Positions 58,883 to 64,000 of a stretch of 64,000 nucleotides of DNA are shown here, in pieces (position 1 is the first letter of the stretch; each line of letters starts with the position of its first letter). The translations under genes and the position numbers were made by a program. This DNA is from an uncultured bacterium. GTDB taxonomy: Bacteria > Chloroflexota > UBA5177 > JANWHV01. A model generated the notes under the pieces. It was not told the origin of the DNA and made no database searches. It saw only the letters and a list, made by a program, of their open reading frames with translations. Location: assembly GCA_963827235.1 (NCBI GenBank), contig CAWHAE010000018.1, positions 416,001-480,000 of the forward strand, given 5' to 3'.

Positions 58883-59120
58883 TTGAAAACCCGCGGTACC
58901 ACCCTGATTGGCTCGCGCATAGCGTGAGCCCGCTCGAACGGGTACGTGCACATACCCGCACCGGGATAACGGGCGGCGCGCCCGGCGACGCCTACCAGCA
59001 GATTACCGGCTCAGCGCGCGGCTCGGAAAGGACTCCGGCCCACCTCATGCCACCCCGTCGCAGCGATCCGGGGCTCTCTGGAGGCGATCGGGTAGGCCGT
59101 ACTGTTTCCCTCGATGCCTT
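58850..59120 (-). ncRNA. T-box riboswitch with Val specifier GUC
   Basis: AGTA, AGAGAG and GCTG stem I motifs; specifier GTC at 59031-59033; CCGTTA; T-box AGGGTGGTACCGCG at 58892-58905; extended -10 TGgTATGCT at 59127-59135. Confidence 0.92.
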
Positions 59121-59389
59121 GCAGACAGCATACCACGTGCGGGGTCTCACGCCGATCCTGGGACCGCAGTCGTCTCGACCGCCTCCGGACATGCCCGGCA
59201 TGGCTTCCATCGGAGCGAGACGACAAGCCGTTGCGTCACACTGCCTGGGTGAGCCCGATCACGCCATGCAAGTCCAGCCGGTGCAGCGCATGCGTCCGCT
59301 TTCACATGGGCGGACATGCACTGCACCCATTCACAGATCGGCAGAGTGCCTCCGCGTGTCTTCCGGCAGCATGCCCGGCCGAGAAAGCC

Positions 59390-60808
59390 CTAACCGCGCC
59401 AGTGCCAGCGACCGTGGAACTGCGGCAGGTTGACGGCGTGCGTGGTCAGGATGTCGTCGAGCACCGCGCGCGCCACGTCGAGGTCGTCAACCGTGGGATC
59501 CACGGCCAGAGCCTGCAGTGCCACCTGCCGGTCTCCGGTTACCGCGGCGTCCACGACCAGCTCCACGCGCTCCGCCTCGCGGCGGCACAACTCGACGACG
59601 ACCGGCGGCAGCTCGCCCACGCGCACCGGCAGCACGCCCATGCCGCTGATCACGACCGGCGTCTCGACGACAGTCTGCTCCGGAAGATTGGTGATCGCGT
59701 GATAGTTCGGCACGTCCGCGGCGTCGCGATAGAGGTTGGTGTTGTGGCTAACGCCGTCAATCACCTCGAACAGGCCCTCGCTCTGCGCGGACCGCAGCTC
59801 GTTGAGCTCCGGACCGCCATCATCCGCCAGTCGCGCGATCTGCAGCCAGCCGGTATCGCGATCCGCCGCCGCCTCATCCCAGGGATAAAGATGCAGATCG
59901 TACCGCTCCCAGGGCTTCGTGATCGGATTGTGCGTGTAGTGCAGATACTCGCTCAGATGAGTGTCGCCGGGCACCGGCATACAGCCGGTCAGGCGCAGTA
60001 TGTCTTTCGTCAGGGGCTCGCGGCCGCTCTTGTCGTTGAGCACCCGCTCGCGCAGCTCCGGATAGAGATCCTCGCCGGTCCGTCGGTCGCGCACGTCCAG
60101 CATCCAGGTGAAGTGGTTCAGGCCGGCTGCCTTGATGTCGAGCAATCCCTCGAGCTGAGATCGGAACGAGGCAATCTCGTCCCAGTAGGCTCGGGTGTGC
60201 GGCGTGCTCGGATCCTTGATCGGCGGCGGCAGCTCCAGGCCAAAATGGTCGGCGAGCGCCACGGCAGCCATGAGATAGCCGTAGCCGATCTGATGGCACA
60301 GGCCTACCGCCTTGATCGAGGTGTACTTGGCAACCGCCCGGCACAGGCGCGGCACCGGATTCGTGAGGTTGAGGAACAGCGCGTTCGGGCACAGCTCCTC
60401 CATATCGCGGGCGATATCCATGATGTGCGGGATATTGCGCGCCGCGTGGGCAAGGCCGCCCGGACCGCCGTTTTCGGCGTAGGGCTGGCGCAGACCGTGT
60501 CGAAGGGTAAGCTGCCAGTCCTGCCGCCACAGCTCTTCGCGCGGCCCCACCTCGATGGTGCAGGCCACGAAGTCGGCGCCGTCCATCACGGCGCGGCGGT
60601 CCGTATGGCTCTCGATCGTCAGGCCCGCGTCCCACTCGCGATTCATGCGCTCCGCCAGGCGGTGCACCAGCTTGAGCCCCTCCGCGTTGAGATCCACGAG
60701 GGCCAGCGCGCTGCCGCGCAGGCTGGGCTCGCGCAAGAGCGTCGCCAGCGAGCTCAAGCCGAAGCTGGCACTGCCCGCTCCGATGATCACGACCTTGATT
60801 GCCTTCAT
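59390..60808 (-). CDS. Glycoside hydrolase family 4 (alpha-galactosidase/alpha-glucosidase)
   Basis: IIGAGSASFG, ENGGPGG, NLTNP, VGLCH, AGLNH, VVETP. Confidence 0.93.
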   Translation of the reverse strand: MKAIKVVIIGAGSASFGLSSLATLLREPSLRGSALALVDLNAEGLKLVHRLAERMNREWDAGLTIESHTDRRAVMDGADFVACTIEVGPREELWRQDWQLTLRHGLRQPYAENGGPGGLAHAARNIPHIMDIARDMEELCPNALFLNLTNPVPRLCRAVAKYTSIKAVGLCHQIGYGYLMAAVALADHFGLELPPPIKDPSTPHTRAYWDEIASFRSQLEGLLDIKAAGLNHFTWMLDVRDRRTGEDLYPELRERVLNDKSGREPLTKDILRLTGCMPVPGDTHLSEYLHYTHNPITKPWERYDLHLYPWDEAAADRDTGWLQIARLADDGGPELNELRSAQSEGLFEVIDGVSHNTNLYRDAADVPNYHAITNLPEQTVVETPVVISGMGVLPVRVGELPPVVVELCRREAERVELVVDAAVTGDRQVALQALAVDPTVDDLDVARAVLDDILTTHAVNLPQFHGRWHWRG

Positions 60809-60854
60809 ACTCAGGTCTATTCCTTTCCTACCGCTTCAGCCTCAGGAGGCAACA

Positions 60855-61895
60855 CTAGGCGGCGTCGTCACGCGTGGCGACATGGCAGGCCGCGTAATGC
60901 TGGGATCGCAGCTCACGCAGCTTGGGTGTCACTCTGCCGCACTCGGCGACGGCCATGGGGCAACGCTCGCGGAAACGGCACCCCTCGCTCGGATTGACCA
61001 CGCGCGGCGGCTCACCCGTCTCGCTCGCCGGCCCGATGGTTATCTCCGCCCGCGGATCGGGCACGGCCGACAGCAGCAGCTGTGTATAGGGGTGCTTGGC
61101 ATGACTCAGCACGTCTTCCACAGGTCCCTGCTCGACCACGTGACCGCCGTACATCACGAACATGCGATCCGCCACGTAGCGTGCGCTGGCAATGTCGTGC
61201 GTGATGTAGAGGAACGACACGCCCTGTTCGTCGCGTAAGCCTGCCATCAGGTTGAGCAATCCGATGCGAATGGAGACGTCGAGCATCGACACGGGCTCGT
61301 CCGCCAGGATCAGTTCCGGTCCGCAAGCCAGGGCGGCAGCAAAGCCGATTCGCTGACGCTGTCCGCCGCTCAGCTCGTATGGGAATTTGCCGATGAACTC
61401 CGAGGCCGGCGTCAGCCCGACGATCGTCAGACTCTGTTCCACGATCGCCCGCCGTTCCCTCGCACTATGTCCACGATTGTGCAGTTGCAGGGCGCGGAAG
61501 ATGCCGTGCGACGCGGGGTAGATGGGATTGATCGAGCTGTACGGATCCTGCAGCACCATTTGCACGCGACTGCGATAAGACATGCGGGCGTGCCGCGAGC
61601 GCAGCGACTGCACAGGCTGGCCGCGGTAGCGAATCTCACCCGCCGTCGGTCGATACAGCATGGCCAGCAGGCGTGCCACGGTACTCTTGCCGCTACCGCT
61701 CTCGCCGACCAGCGCCACGATCTCGCGCGGGTAGATGGCCAGATCCACGTCGTCGACCGCGTGCAGCAGGCGGCGCGGCGCGAAGGGGTGAGCAAGACCG
61801 CCCACCGGGAAGTGCTTGGTCAGCCCCCGTGCTTCCAGTATCGCCCCAGATCCGCGGCCCTCCACATCTTGCCGCGGCGCGGCATCGCTCATCAT
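60855..61895 (-). CDS. Opp/Dpp-family ABC transporter ATP-binding protein
   Basis: GESGSGKS, LSGGQRQR, DEPVSMLD, HPYT, C-terminal CRFRERCP...ACH. Confidence 0.95.
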   Translation of the reverse strand: MMSDAAPRQDVEGRGSGAILEARGLTKHFPVGGLAHPFAPRRLLHAVDDVDLAIYPREIVALVGESGSGKSTVARLLAMLYRPTAGEIRYRGQPVQSLRSRHARMSYRSRVQMVLQDPYSSINPIYPASHGIFRALQLHNRGHSARERRAIVEQSLTIVGLTPASEFIGKFPYELSGGQRQRIGFAAALACGPELILADEPVSMLDVSIRIGLLNLMAGLRDEQGVSFLYITHDIASARYVADRMFVMYGGHVVEQGPVEDVLSHAKHPYTQLLLSAVPDPRAEITIGPASETGEPPRVVNPSEGCRFRERCPMAVAECGRVTPKLRELRSQHYAACHVATRDDAA

Positions 61896-62878
61896 TGGCC
61901 CACCGCTTCCTGTTTGGCGAATAGATGGCAGCGTACGATGTCCCGATCTGCCAACGTGACGGCAGCAGGCTCGAGCTCCACGCAGCGTTCATGCACGAGG
62001 GGGCAGCGCGGATTGAAGCGGCAACCCGGCGGCGGAAAGCGCAGGTCGGGCGGGCTGCCGGGAATGCCGAGCAGACGCTGCTTCTCACCGTGAATCGAGG
62101 GAAAGGCCTGCAGCAACCCCGTGCTGTACGGATGCTTCGGATCGCGGAACAGGGCCCGCGTCGAGCCGAGCTCCACGATCTGGCCTGCGTACATGATTGC
62201 GACGCGATCGGCGAAGTTGCTGACCAGGGACATGTCGTGGGTGACGAAGATCACGGCGAAGCCGAGCTGCTTCTGCAGATCGAGGATCTGCTTCATCAGG
62301 GCGCGCTGGGCGACCACGTCCAGGGCCGACGTCGGCTCGTCCATGATGATCAGGTTTGGTGTGAAGACGAGCGCCATGGCGATCATGGCGCGCTGCCGCA
62401 TACCGCCGCTGAGTTGATGTGGATAGCTCTGCAGGTGCAAGGGGTCGATTCTCACCAGGCGGAGGACCTCAGCCGCGCGCTCCCGCGCTTTTTGCTTCGA
62501 GACTCGCTCGTGCGCCTGCATGGCGTCGACCAGTTGGGCGCCCACCGTCATCACCGGATTGAGCGCATTCATCGCACTCTGCATGACCACGGAATACTCG
62601 CGCCAGCGCAGGTGCCGTAGCTGCCCTTCGCGCAATTGCACCAGGTCCTTGCCGGCGAAGCGTACGCTTCCTGCCGTGATCTCAGCCGGCGGCGACAGCA
62701 GCCGCGCAATGGCAAAGCAGAGGGTGGACTTGCCGCAGCCCGACTCTCCCACCACGCCCAGGAACTCGCCTTTGCCGACTGAGAGACTGACCCGGTCGAC
62801 GGCGCGAACGACACTCTTCTCGCCGACATAGTCGACCACGAGGTCTTGCACCTCAAGAATGGGCGACGCGCCGTCCAC
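61892..62878 (-). CDS. Opp/Dpp-family ABC transporter ATP-binding protein
   Basis: GESGCGKS, LSGGMRQR, DEPTSALD, HPYS, GCRFNPRCP. Confidence 0.95.
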   Translation of the reverse strand: MDGASPILEVQDLVVDYVGEKSVVRAVDRVSLSVGKGEFLGVVGESGCGKSTLCFAIARLLSPPAEITAGSVRFAGKDLVQLREGQLRHLRWREYSVVMQSAMNALNPVMTVGAQLVDAMQAHERVSKQKARERAAEVLRLVRIDPLHLQSYPHQLSGGMRQRAMIAMALVFTPNLIIMDEPTSALDVVAQRALMKQILDLQKQLGFAVIFVTHDMSLVSNFADRVAIMYAGQIVELGSTRALFRDPKHPYSTGLLQAFPSIHGEKQRLLGIPGSPPDLRFPPPGCRFNPRCPLVHERCVELEPAAVTLADRDIVRCHLFAKQEAVGQ

Positions 62879-62974
62879 GCTTCCTCCTCAATGCATGCAG
62901 AGCAGCATTGCCGATTTCGTCAAAGCCGTAATCCGCGGGAGCGGATACCGAGTCGCCTAGTAGCATGGTGTTAC

Positions 62975-63955
62975 TCACGCGCGTCGCTCCTCGACGACGG
63001 CAGCAGACATGCTGCTGGGCGACCGCTTCCGCTTGCGCCGGACCGCGCGTAAGGCCGGGTTGCCGATTTCGTCGAACGCGTAGTTGAGCAGAGCGAACGA
63101 GGCGCCCAGGAGGGCGATGCAGACACCGGGCATGATAGCCCAGGCCGGCGCCGCGCCGGAGGCTAACGCCTCATTGTTCTCAGCCCAGTAGAGCATCGTG
63201 CCCCAGCTCAGGTCGTTGACGTTGCCCAGGCCGAGGAACTGCAGTCCCGCCGCCGCCAGCACCGAGTAGAGGGCAGCTCCCAGGAAGTTGGCGGCGATCA
63301 GCGAGATCATCGTCGGCAACATCTCGAAGACGATGATATACGCCGTGTGTTCGCCCCGGATCCGCGCCGCCTCCAGGAAGTCCCTGTTTCGGAGAGAGAG
63401 CGCCTGGGAGCGCAGCTGCCGGGCGCCGAACGACCAGCCTGTAATCACGATCACGAAGATAATTACGTTGGCGCCGCCGCCTTTGAAGTAAGTGGCTATG
63501 ACGATCATCAGAGGCAGCTGCGGCATCACCAGAAAGATGTCGGTGATCAACGACAGCACGAGGTCCGTCACGCCGCCGCGATAGGCCGCTGTCAGGCCAA
63601 CCAGCACCGAGATGATCGTCGCCATCAGGCCGGCCACGATGCCGATTACCAGCGATTGGCGCGCTCCCCACACCAGCTGCGAGAAGACGTCCTGGCCATA
63701 CGCCGTGGTGCCGAGGAGGTGGCCCGCCGACAGGGGCATCGTGGGCCCGAATGCGTCCGCTGTCGGATCATAGGGCGCGATGAAGGATGCACCCAGCGCC
63801 ATCACGACAAAGATCAGCATCAACAGGCCGCCGGCCAAGGCCTTGGGATTGGAGACAACTGCCGAACCCAGAGCCCTGAGCCCGCGCAGACGCACGACCC
63901 GATGCGACAGGCCGGGAGCCGGCGGTTGTGCGCCGGTGACCACGCTCGTGCTCAT
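62975..63955 (-). CDS. Opp/Dpp-family ABC transporter permease (OppC/DppC-like)
   Basis: HLLGTTAYGQDVFSQLVWG, FLEAARIRGE, FLGLG, SWGTML. Confidence 0.94.
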   Translation of the reverse strand: MSTSVVTGAQPPAPGLSHRVVRLRGLRALGSAVVSNPKALAGGLLMLIFVVMALGASFIAPYDPTADAFGPTMPLSAGHLLGTTAYGQDVFSQLVWGARQSLVIGIVAGLMATIISVLVGLTAAYRGGVTDLVLSLITDIFLVMPQLPLMIVIATYFKGGGANVIIFVIVITGWSFGARQLRSQALSLRNRDFLEAARIRGEHTAYIIVFEMLPTMISLIAANFLGAALYSVLAAAGLQFLGLGNVNDLSWGTMLYWAENNEALASGAAPAWAIMPGVCIALLGASFALLNYAFDEIGNPALRAVRRKRKRSPSSMSAAVVEERRA

Positions 63956-64000
63956 TCCCGTGACTCTCTTCGTAGTGGACGGCTGAACACGCTCACATCA

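Noticed and set aside
59114-60997. 627-aa plus-strand ORF and similar long antisense ORFs (e.g. 1326..2657, 10939..12267, 31664..32923)
   Set aside because: Shadow frames of well-supported genes, expected at this GC content.
1-64000. tRNA, rRNA, transposase, integrase, prophage or defence genes
   Set aside because: No recognisable motifs found by eye; a covariance-model or HMM scan could still find small elements.

Overview
High-GC bacterial chromosomal window, probably Chloroflexota or another monoderm. This is inferred from a terminator-type T-box on valS, the yacL-ispD-ispF block, a GAAC-N4-GTTC-type LexA box and Thr-rich secreted proteins. I see about 45 genes and no rRNA, tRNA, CRISPR array, integrase or transposase. 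Core genes are pyrB, ispD, ispF, rqcH and valS. There are also several transport modules: two DHA2 MFS, an RND/MMPL, an EamA, an AI-2E, a LacI-controlled sugar ABC with GH32, and an Opp-type ABC with GH4. Envelope genes include a GLUG surface protein, CapA, an L,D-transpeptidase, Asp-box propellers and DUF58-transglutaminase. The most unusual locus is at the left edge. A kdpA with no adjacent kdpF/B/C and a changed first filter loop (TTT for NTN) is followed by an HTH plus half-USP fusion and a DUF4118 (KdpD-type) membrane sensor, and lies downstream of phased KdpE-like boxes. Other items worth checking are a LexA-boxed promoter driving a DNA-level repeat region behind pyrB, and a 44-bp tandem duplication that creates an RBS for a DUF4232 gene. 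Five single-base frameshifts are most likely long-read errors. All calls come from reading motifs by eye; no searches were run.
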